A stretch of DNA of 32,000 nucleotides. Source: Candidatus Scalindua sp. (GTDB lineage Bacteria; Planctomycetota; Brocadiia; Brocadiales; Scalinduaceae). The stretch spans positions 2,250,001 to 2,282,000 of the forward strand of contig JALDRA010000001.1 in NCBI GenBank assembly GCA_031316235.1. The letters run 5' to 3'. The position numbers were made by a program, and so were the translations under genes. Shown here piece by piece: positions 1 through 6,752 of the stretch (positions are counted from its first letter, which is position 1; every line of letters begins with the position of its first letter). The notes beneath the pieces were generated by a model that was given only the letters and a program-made list of their open reading frames with translations, ran no database searches and was not told the origin of the DNA.

Positions 1-452
1 TACTCATAGCTTTTGGACTGGGATATTTTATCTGGGGAGTATTCATAGCACGAAAGAACCTGCCACACAAGCACTGGCATGCACATGGGGATGTAAGTAT
101 GCCGATACACAAACACAAGCATAAACATAGTAATGACCAATTACATATACACAAAGGGGAAAAGGCAAAGAATCTCACTCCCTGGATACTCTTTACAATC
201 TTTGTATTCGGGCCTTGTGAACCTTTAATTCCGTTAATGATATATCCGGCTGCAAAGAGCAGTATCTTTGGCCTGGTGCTGGTAACGGGCGTCTTTGGTG
301 TAGTAACGATTGCTACAATGTTAAGTATTGTTATACTTCTATCTTTAGGCGCAAATCTTCTGCCTATAGGACGATTGGAACGTTATACTCATGCCCTGGC
401 AGGGGCTACGATATGTATTTGCGGAGTAGCGATTAGATTTCTTGGATTATGA
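1..452 (+). CDS. His-rich-loop metal (Ni/Co-type) membrane transporter, C-terminal part; 5' end lies outside the window
   Basis: The frame of the 99..452 ORF stays open back to base 3 (LIAFGLGYFIWGVFIARKNLPHKHWHAHGDVS-MPIHKHKHKH...), so the Met at 99 is internal. A His-rich loop (HKHWHAHGD...HKHKHKHSNDQLHIH) lies between hydrophobic helices. There is a GPCEPLIP motif. The gene sits next to cbiMNQO. Family assignment (NicO/RcnA-like versus DsbD_2/UreH-like) is not resolved. Confidence 0.55.
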   Translation, partial: LIAFGLGYFIWGVFIARKNLPHKHWHAHGDVSMPIHKHKHKHSNDQLHIHKGEKAKNLTPWILFTIFVFGPCEPLIPLMIYPAAKSSIFGLVLVTGVFGVVTIATMLSIVILLSLGANLLPIGRLERYTHALAGATICICGVAIRFLGL

Positions 453-474
453 TTATAAAAGACTTGCCTGGTTC

Positions 475-520
475 AAAGATTTTTTGAATTACAGTAGCAC
501 GAATATAATACCAGTGCCAC
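475..520 (+). promoter_or_regulatory. Operator/promoter-like element upstream of cbiM: AAAGATTTTTTGAATT followed by two CAGT(A/G)(G/C)CAC boxes 20 nt apart
   Basis: CAGTAGCAC lies at 492-500 and CAGTGCCAC at 512-520, with TATAAT at 504-509 between them. The whole ~46-nt block recurs at 3019-3066 upstream of the next transcription unit. Confidence 0.5.
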
Positions 521-589
521 ATGCGCTCTCCAGGAAACCTTAATCCAAATTGAGTATATTAACAAGGAATAGTATGAAAGGAACTTTTT

Positions 590-1195
590 ATGCACATTAG
601 TGATGGTGTACTTTCTCCTGTTATTGTTGCCACAGGGTGGGCGGTAGCTACACCTGTTTTAGCTGTATCTGTGCGGCGATTAAGACCTGACCAAATCGGA
701 GCCTATGGTGTGGTGGCTGCTGCTTTCTTTGCAGGATCGACAATTCATATACCTTTTGGCCCGTTTAGTATGCATCTTGTGCTGAATGGCATTGCCGGAC
801 TTTTGCTGGGCTGGGGCGCCCTGACGGTAATAACCGTAGGACTCTTATTGCAGACATTATTAATCGGTTTTGGAGGGTTAACTGTAATGGGTGTTAATAT
901 TGCGATTATGGCCTTGCCTGGCGCTTTAATGGGAGTGTCAGGCCGTCATTGGATAATGAAAGCTTCAAACAAAAAGCGCCCATGGATTGGTGCATTCATT
1001 GGATGCGGAACGATATTTTTCTCAGCAATTTTACTTTTTGCAGTTCTATCTACGACACATCCAGGATTGGCAACTCTTGGCAAACTTGTTTTTTTGGGGC
1101 ATATTCCTATTGCCATAGCAGAAGGAATCATCAGTTTTTGGCTTGTACATTTTTTACAAAAGGTCAAACCAACGTTACTTGGGATCTCGACATGA
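590..1195 (+). CDS. cbiM: ECF-type cobalt/nickel transporter substrate-capture component CbiM/NikM
   Basis: The N-terminus MHISDGVLSP matches the conserved MHIxDG/EG metal-ligating start of CbiM/NikM. The ~200-aa protein is polytopic. It is followed by an accessory gene, cbiQ and cbiO with overlapping stop/start codons. Confidence 0.85.
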   Translation: MHISDGVLSPVIVATGWAVATPVLAVSVRRLRPDQIGAYGVVAAAFFAGSTIHIPFGPFSMHLVLNGIAGLLLGWGALTVITVGLLLQTLLIGFGGLTVMGVNIAIMALPGALMGVSGRHWIMKASNKKRPWIGAFIGCGTIFFSAILLFAVLSTTHPGLATLGKLVFLGHIPIAIAEGIISFWLVHFLQKVKPTLLGIST

Positions 1196-1614
1196 AAATT
1201 TATTTTATCGTATTTGTTTTTTGTTTCCTCTTTTTATTGTCTTCATCAGCAAGCGCTCATGGGCTTTATATTTCTTCAAAAGATGGACAATTACATGCAT
1301 ATTTCAACAGTGGTTCTCCTGCTTCCAATGCCATTGTCAAAATTGTGGATGATAGCGGCCTTGTAATTCTTAATGATAATATGGATGAGAATGGAAATTG
1401 GTCATTGCCTGATAAGTTTGACTATCCTCCTCATTTGATTGTTGTAGAAACACCCGGTGGGCATCGTACTCAGATAATATGGCAGAAAGCGATAGAGAAT
1501 ACCAGGCATGGAGTTTTTGATTCTCTCATTGTTCAGCTTATATTAGGGATTTCTGTCCTTGTAGGCAGTGGTTTTGGCATAAAATGCCTAATCAGTCCGA
1601 AATCTAAATTTTGA
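1192..1614 (+). CDS. Small accessory membrane component of the CbiMQO/NikMQO transporter (CbiN/NikL-like position); signal/TM helix, beta-rich extracytoplasmic domain, C-terminal TM helix
   Basis: The ATG at 1192 overlaps the cbiM stop (ATGA). The sequence has MKIYFIVFVFCFLFLLSSSASAHG at the N-terminus, a carboxypeptidase-regulatory-like stretch (KIVDDSGLVILNDNMDENGNWSL), and a C-terminal hydrophobic helix (LIVQLILGISVLVGSGFGI). The upstream part of the track ORF (949..1191) overlaps cbiM and is not coding. Confidence 0.6.
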   Translation: MKIYFIVFVFCFLFLLSSSASAHGLYISSKDGQLHAYFNSGSPASNAIVKIVDDSGLVILNDNMDENGNWSLPDKFDYPPHLIVVETPGGHRTQIIWQKAIENTRHGVFDSLIVQLILGISVLVGSGFGIKCLISPKSKF

Positions 1615-2321
1615 AATCTATAATGACTATTTCTCCTCCTTCAACACGCATAGGTACAGTATTTATTTTGTTAGTTTTGATTGGGTTGAGTTTATTGAAT
1701 AATCTATTTTGTCTACTAATTTGTTTATCGATTATTTGTCTATTAGGAGGGCTTCTAGTCAGGAATGCCTTTATAACAACAGTACGACACGCTACCGGAG
1801 TATGGATTTTTTTTGTATTAACAGGCATAAGTTTACTTTGGACGGAGGAGGGCCGTTATCTTGCTCCTGTCTTGTTAATCAAGATGTTGTCTATGTGGTT
1901 GTGGATCGTGATATGGATTAAGTGGGTTGATTTCGAACGTATACTGTCAACTCTGGAAAGATTAGGAATACCTTCAACCCTGGTACATATTATAGCTTTT
2001 ACTGCAAGGTTTTTGCCAATCTTGTCACAACGGTTAAGGATGATGCTTGCTGCTCAGTCTTCACGGGGAGCACGAAAAGGGATTCATCCTTTCCAATTGC
2101 GCAATCTTGCGGGTGGTATTGGCTGCCTGCTCTTGTCAAGTTTTGAGCAATCCGAAAATGTAGAACATGCTATGAAGTCTCGCGGGTTTAATGGTGTATT
2201 CCCTTTACTGGTCGAAGACGATGTTTCAATACCTTACGGCAGTTTGATTATTATTTTCATCTTTGTAAGTATAGTTTGGTCTGGAGTAGTTTACGATGTC
2301 TTGTGTCATACATGCAGATAA
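1611..2321 (+). CDS. cbiQ: ECF transporter transmembrane (T) component CbiQ
   Basis: Polytopic 236-aa protein between cbiM/accessory and cbiO. It carries the C-terminal Arg-containing coupling-helix region (ARFLPILSQRLRMMLAAQSSRGA). The start may be TTG 1611 (overlaps the previous stop) or ATG 1623. Confidence 0.8.
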   Translation: MKSIMTISPPSTRIGTVFILLVLIGLSLLNNLFCLLICLSIICLLGGLLVRNAFITTVRHATGVWIFFVLTGISLLWTEEGRYLAPVLLIKMLSMWLWIVIWIKWVDFERILSTLERLGIPSTLVHIIAFTARFLPILSQRLRMMLAAQSSRGARKGIHPFQLRNLAGGIGCLLLSSFEQSENVEHAMKSRGFNGVFPLLVEDDVSIPYGSLIIIFIFVSIVWSGVVYDVLCHTCR

Positions 2322-3018
2322 TATAACTTTTAGTTATGCAAATGGAATAAATGTGTTATCAGGGCTATCATTGCGCGTTCATGAAGGCGAGAAAGTAGGC
2401 GTAATAGGTACAAGCGGGGCTGGCAAAACCACTCTTTTCTGGCATTTAAATGGTCTGTTGCGACCTGTTTCCGGAAATATCAAAGTATTAGAACGTCAAC
2501 TTTCTGAACATAAGAATATTAATGAGGTAAGGCGTCACGTTGCACTAACCTTTCAGCAGGTAAACGACCAGCTTTTTTGTTCCTCTGTCTGGGATGAGAT
2601 TGCCTTTGGTCCACGTAATCTGGGTTGGGCAAAGAAGCAGATTCAAGATACTGTTGAAAGATGGTTAGTATACTTTGGTTTAACGGAAGTAAGCCAGCGT
2701 CCGCCTCAACATTTATCCGGGGGCCAGAAACGAACGGTCGCCCTGGCCGCAGCTATGGCTATGGAACCAGACCTGTTAATCCTGGACGAACCGGCAAATG
2801 ATCTGGACCATCGCCAGAGACGCAGAATGATTACATACCTCAAGGGGTTGCAAATTGCTTTTATGATTGCCACTCATGATTTACGCTTGATAATGGAATC
2901 AACAGAACGTTGTATTCTTATGGACAAAGGTAAGATTGTTGCAGATCGTCCCACAGTTGAATTATTACGTAATGAGAAAATATTAGAAAAATATAAGATG
3001 GAGGCGCTAAAGATGTAA
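2296..3018 (+). CDS. cbiO: ECF transporter ATPase CbiO (ABC ATP-binding protein)
   Basis: Walker A GTSGAGKTT, signature LSGGQKRTVALA, Walker B LLILDEP and an H-loop (ATHD). It overlaps the cbiQ end by 26 nt. Confidence 0.9.
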   Translation: MSCVIHADNITFSYANGINVLSGLSLRVHEGEKVGVIGTSGAGKTTLFWHLNGLLRPVSGNIKVLERQLSEHKNINEVRRHVALTFQQVNDQLFCSSVWDEIAFGPRNLGWAKKQIQDTVERWLVYFGLTEVSQRPPQHLSGGQKRTVALAAAMAMEPDLLILDEPANDLDHRQRRRMITYLKGLQIAFMIATHDLRLIMESTERCILMDKGKIVADRPTVELLRNEKILEKYKMEALKM

Positions 3019-3066
3019 AAAGATTTTTTTTGCAAGACAGTAGCACGTATTTTATTAAAGTAGCAC
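3019..3066 (+). promoter_or_regulatory. Second copy of the operator/promoter-like element (two (C/A)AGTAGCAC boxes 20 nt apart), upstream of the outer-membrane protein gene
   Basis: AAAGATTTTTTTTGCAAGACAGTAGCACGTATTTTATTAAAGTAGCAC, with boxes at 3038-3046 and 3058-3066. It is collinear with 475-520. Confidence 0.5.
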
Positions 3067-3096
3067 TTATTGTTGTAAATGTTAAAGGAGACTAAA

Positions 3097-4107
3097 ATGT
3101 TACGAACAAAACGGATTCAAATGATAACAACTCTTTTTTTCTCTTATTTTTTCATAGTATGTTTACCGGTAAATGCTCATCATGGGGGAGTATCAACGGC
3201 ATTTGGTCCCGGAGCACCTATCGAAACGGCTTCTCCAATGACATTAGGTAAGGGAAGGTTCCTATTATACGAAAGGATGGAGTATGTTCCATTCAGAAAC
3301 AGGGATAATGCGGAACCCGAAAACGTTGACACTTTTACTTTTTTTAACACCCTTGTGGGTTTTGGCGTTACTGACGCTCTGTCACTTTACCTGACGATGC
3401 CGGCAGCCATAAAGGAGCAGGATAGTCTGGGAAAATCCAGAGGAATCGGTGATCTGGAATTCATGGCACAATATGGTTTTAAATATGGAGAAAGAGATGG
3501 GATTAGAGGCTTCTATCAAAACGGACTGGAAGACACACAAGGCGCTCGCCATACTATGGATGATCTGAAGATGTCATTGACAGGGAGTATTTCAGCGCCT
3601 ACAGGAACCACTTCAAACCGTGATGATTTTGGTAATAAATTCGATATTGGCATGCAACCGGGCTTTGGATCGCCATCATTTTCTCTTGGCTTTTCAGCAT
3701 CCAGGCTTATGCTCCCTCATTTTACCTTGACGGCAGATACATCATTCAGGACGTTTTCAAAACATAATGACAGCAAAGCTGGCAATGAAATTCGTTTCAA
3801 TATGGCTGGGGGGTATGAAATCTTTGAGAATCAAGACGGGTTTCTTTCCAGACTGGATATTATTGCTGAAGCAAATCTTTTGCATCTAACAAAAGACAAG
3901 GGAGAAGATGGGGAAACCGACCATGATAGCGGTGGTACGATCCTCTATCTCTCTCCTGGTGTCAGGGCTTCATTTGGTAAACATGTAAGTATTGGCGCCT
4001 TAATGAAAATCCCAACATGGCAGGACTTGAATAACGAATCTGTTCAGCAGGGTTCTGAAGGTCTTGAAGATTATAGGGCGATAGTTACATTAACAATTTC
4101 TTTTTAA
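3097..4107 (+). CDS. Putative outer-membrane beta-barrel channel (MetA/phenol-degradation-like transporter family), possibly for metal uptake
   Basis: An AAGGAG at 3085-3090 favours ATG 3097 over 3079. The signal peptide ends ...LPVNA/HHGG. The sequence has alternating beta-strand-like composition rich in G, D, N and aromatic residues, and a C-terminal ...VTLTISF with terminal Phe typical of OMPs. Confidence 0.55.
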   Translation: MLRTKRIQMITTLFFSYFFIVCLPVNAHHGGVSTAFGPGAPIETASPMTLGKGRFLLYERMEYVPFRNRDNAEPENVDTFTFFNTLVGFGVTDALSLYLTMPAAIKEQDSLGKSRGIGDLEFMAQYGFKYGERDGIRGFYQNGLEDTQGARHTMDDLKMSLTGSISAPTGTTSNRDDFGNKFDIGMQPGFGSPSFSLGFSASRLMLPHFTLTADTSFRTFSKHNDSKAGNEIRFNMAGGYEIFENQDGFLSRLDIIAEANLLHLTKDKGEDGETDHDSGGTILYLSPGVRASFGKHVSIGALMKIPTWQDLNNESVQQGSEGLEDYRAIVTLTISF

Positions 4108-4120
4108 AGAGGAGGATATT

Positions 4121-4681
4121 ATGTTAAGAAGTAAATATCTAAGGAGTTTTATTATACTCTTGCTATTCTTACATTTTTGCAACCCGCGTAATGTGTTTGC
4201 TCACACAGGTCATGATCATTCTCACGATACAACACAGATTACTATTGAACGATCTACGTATACTCATTTCAAATCCGTTTTGGCTGTCTATCTTGAGATT
4301 TATGGAAGTTTAATAAATGGAGGATTGCATGATATTTCAGTTTTAGCTCAAAAACTATTGGATGCTGCCGGTAGAGGAGTTCAAACTGAACCTGAAGGTC
4401 CAGGCTGGCACATGATGAAACATATCCTTCAAGGAGCAGAGAACCTGAAACAAGCCAAAGACATGCAAGGAATGCGGGAAGCATATATATCGGTCAATGA
4501 TGCCATAATACCATTTTTCAAATCATGGCCTAACCAACTTAAATACAACAAAATAAAACTATATCAGTGTAAGGAACATGGACGTTGCTGGTTACAACCG
4601 CAGGATATTCCACCGACTTGTCCGTATAATGCTGCAAAAATTTCTACCTGTTCAGATATAGAAGAAATGGTAATTAAATAA
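4121..4681 (+). CDS. Secreted DUF3347-like protein with His-rich N-terminus and C-terminal Cys cluster; putative periplasmic metal-binding protein
   Basis: RBS AGAGGAGG. A signal peptide is followed by AHTGHDHSHD. A helical core precedes a C-terminal LYQCKEHGRCWLQ...PTCPY...STC, which resembles the YQ(Y)CPM...W...C tail I recall for DUF3347 proteins linked to heavy-metal systems. Confidence 0.5.
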   Translation: MLRSKYLRSFIILLLFLHFCNPRNVFAHTGHDHSHDTTQITIERSTYTHFKSVLAVYLEIYGSLINGGLHDISVLAQKLLDAAGRGVQTEPEGPGWHMMKHILQGAENLKQAKDMQGMREAYISVNDAIIPFFKSWPNQLKYNKIKLYQCKEHGRCWLQPQDIPPTCPYNAAKISTCSDIEEMVIK

Positions 4682-4688
4682 TCTTTAA

Positions 4689-5015
4689 CACCGATTTTCA
4701 CACGTAGCGAAACCGCCATAATAATCACCTAATACACACTATATCATCGTTTTGCACAGGACTTGAGACGTTTTGAGGATAGTATTGCACCAACAATATT
4801 CAGGAAGTTTATTAATATGCCTGGGAGAGTAGTTTTTGACGGCAAAAAGTTTTTGATAAAAATAAGAAAAAGGGCGCATACTCCTGTTCTGACAGAAGTA
4901 GAAAAATTGAAAACTCATTTCTCTGTTCCGTGGCTTAATGGAAAATCAGTGGAAATTGTATGGACTGCATAATTAGGTCCCATTATGACGGTTTTGTTAC
5001 GCGTGAAAATCGGTG
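4689..5015. mobile_element. MITE-like internally deleted IS derivative bounded by ~34-bp terminal inverted repeats
   Basis: The left end CACCGATTTTCACACGTAGCGAAACCGCCATAAT (4689-4722) and the right end ATTATGACGGTTTTGTTACGCGTGAAAATCGGTG (4982-5015) are reverse complements with about 30/34 matches (hand alignment). The interior holds only a transposase C-terminal fragment. Confidence 0.6.
4763..4972 (+). pseudogene. Transposase C-terminal remnant inside the MITE-like element
   Basis: The 69-aa ORF (…GRVVFDGKKFLIKIRKRAHTPVLTEVEKL…VEIVWTA) ends just inside the right inverted repeat. It has no catalytic region and starts at a non-ATG codon. The family was not identified. Confidence 0.4.
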
Positions 5016-5090
5016 AATAAAAAGTTAGCCAAACAATATAAAATATTAAAGAAAACATGTAGTTATGAATGGACCCCTTTTCTTTTCTTC

Positions 5091-5475
5091 GTGCGGGAAT
5101 CGGGAGACCTCGGAAAGGAATCTGCGTGGCACTGAAGTAGCTACGGCAGAGGCGACAGGGAAGGTTAGTAGCCGTACGCCTGTGGTTGTTTCCCCCGAGG
5201 AGTCGGACGGCAACATATTACCTGGGAAGTCGGCGAACACAATGGGACGGAAGTCTCAGCGAAGTAGATGGAGGGAAGGACGCCGACCAAGAGGAACTCG
5301 GTACAGGAAGTCACGAACCGGATACAAAGCCGGAATGTCGCGTTGAATGGACTGGGCCGGGTGCGTCAAAGAGTTTGCTTTGACGCCAAATCCTTGAGGT
5401 AGGAGCCGTATGCGGTAGTTCCGCAAGTACGGATCTGCGCGGAGGGTGCTGGGTGACCAGCATTCCTACCGCGAC
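5091..5475 (+). ncRNA. ORF-less (IEP-deleted) group II intron RNA, compact or partly deleted
   Basis: The 5' end is GTGCG (5091). Domain V lies at 5403-5435 (GAGCCGTATGCGGTAGTTCCGCAAGTACGGATC), with the AGC triad, a 2-nt AA bulge and 9+4 bp helices. Domain VI lies at 5437-5475, with a GUGA tetraloop, a bulged A at 5468 seven nt from the end, and a 3'-terminal AC. A 9-bp hairpin (GCGTCAAAG/CTTTGACGC, 5368-5391) sits where domain IV and its ORF would be. GGAAGTC-type repeats typical of intron D2/D3 regions are present. Confidence 0.7.
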
Positions 5476-6163
5476 CATTCTTGAGAGCGCCGATTAAAAC
5501 CGGCAAGAAGTAGGGGCTGAAAGTGACCTATGGTGATGGGTTAACTACCCACATCAGCCCTGAGTCATGCGTTAATGATGATAACATTATTAACAAAGCG
5601 TTGACACCAGCCCGACGTGCATTCTGGCAGGGGGAGAAATGCGGGCTGAGTATTGAGCCTCGTAATAGATTTAATATCAAGTGCCGATGTACTTCGTGAA
5701 CATAGAAGGCAAAATCTTATGGTTCGCTTTGGTAAGGACTATAAGTACTTGACGGGGTCGGAGACCTCATGCATGCATGGAAACTTTTGCTCTAATGAAC
5801 TCTTGCCATGTCCTTCTGAACTCCTTCCAGAGTTAGGCGAGAAGATATTCCGAAGGACATTCATCTTGTTTTTTTTGAAATAAGTTTCGGTAACATGTAG
5901 AAATAGGATTTCAAAAAAAGAATCTTGCTAAGCGTATACGATGTTGTGGAACTTACCAATTATGTCAATAAGGTCAATTTGGAATTATTAAAATCAACAA
6001 TTATGAATAATTGCAAGCGGCAAGTAAAGACATTGAGTTATCTTAATTTCTATTGATTATTACTCTTTACTAAATTAAGATGTATTACTAATAAGACATC
6101 CATAATAGTTCGTCAGAACAAGTAGGCTCACAAATAAGCAAGAACACACGGCAACACTAACCA

Positions 6164-6397
6164 ATGCCCAAGATTTTCGAACAAGACGGTTACAAGTTCT
6201 TCTTCTACAGCAATGAGCACAGGCCAATTCACGTACATGTTCGTTATGGTGGCGGTGAAGCTGTCTTCAGCTGCGAAAATGCAGTGGAACTTCGGGAATC
6301 ATACGGCCTGAAGGTAAATGAGCTTGCACGAGCCCAAAATTTGGCGGAAGAACATCAAAATCTTATTAAGGAGAAATGGCATGAGCACCTTGATTGA
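6164..6397 (+). CDS. DUF4160-family small protein (first gene of a DUF4160/DUF2442 pair)
   Basis: MPKIFEQDGYKFFFYSNEHRPIHVHVRYGGGEAVF matches the DUF4160 signature (MP.I....G....FY..EH.P.H.HV). Confidence 0.75.
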   Translation: MPKIFEQDGYKFFFYSNEHRPIHVHVRYGGGEAVFSCENAVELRESYGLKVNELARAQNLAEEHQNLIKEKWHEHLD

Positions 6398-6629
6398 TAC
6401 GGCGCGTTCAGCTTGTTTTCGTGACGGTGAAATTGTCATCCGTATGAAGAGCGGCTCCGAGTTGCGCTTTTCCGTGGTGAAGAACTTGCGCCTCGCAAAA
6501 GGAACTGCAAAACAGTTGAACAATATTGAGATTTCACCCTTCGGTATCCATTGGCCTGATTTGGATGAGGATCTTTCATTTAGAGGGATTTTAGATGGAG
6601 ACTACGGTCAGCGTCGAACAAAAGGATGA
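6381..6629 (+). CDS. DUF2442-family small protein (second gene of the pair)
   Basis: ATG 6381 is preceded by AAGGAG (6368-6373) and overlaps the upstream gene by 17 nt. The stretch ...IVIRMKSGSELRFSV...LAKGTAKQLNNIEISPFG..IHWPDLDEDLS resembles the DUF2442 pattern. Confidence 0.7.
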   Translation: MSTLIDTARSACFRDGEIVIRMKSGSELRFSVVKNLRLAKGTAKQLNNIEISPFGIHWPDLDEDLSFRGILDGDYGQRRTKG

Positions 6630-6672
6630 AGTCAAAATTATTACATAGCGAGGATAATAGTTAATCGAGTTA

Positions 6673-6752
6673 ATCGGGGGGACATCATACCTGTTTTTTT
6701 CCTTTCTTGAGTTTTCTCCCTGGTATTCTAGGTTTGAGTAACTTATCTCTAT
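6673..6752 (-). pseudogene. 3'-terminal piece of a Y1-transposase-like (COG1943/RAYT-like) gene remnant, separated from its other half by the IS insertion
   Basis: The minus-strand reading continues the tail begun at 8759-8900. It is collinear with 11445-11519 of the uninterrupted copy, where the tail reads ...GRLLKPKSPGRKPKKGKKQ. Confidence 0.5.

Noticed and set aside
453-589. Possible cobalamin or NiCo riboswitch in the cbiM leader.
   Set aside because: The leader is only ~137 nt and lacks a recognisable B12 box or the paired conserved helices of the NiCo (czcD) motif. The conserved part is duplicated at 3019-3066 as a DNA-level element instead.
949-1191. The long N-terminal extension of the 949-1614 ORF (221 aa), and ORFs 946-1167(-) and 1143-1352(+).
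   Set aside because: They overlap cbiM in other frames. The accessory gene has a natural ATG at 1192 forming an ATGA overlap with the cbiM stop, followed by a signal peptide.
5065-5383. ORFs of 93 and 65 aa (plus a 64-aa antisense ORF) in the GC-rich patch.
   Set aside because: They coincide with the group II intron RNA (domains I-IV). Their sequence is Arg/Gly/Ser-rich with no domain signature. At most they hold a vestige of the deleted intron-encoded protein N-terminus.
5513-5570. GGGGCTGA..., which resembles the 5' end of tmRNA.
   Set aside because: There is no downstream TTCGAC, no tag-peptide reading frame, and no tRNA-like T-arm or acceptor 3' end (GGTTCGA...CCACCA) anywhere nearby.
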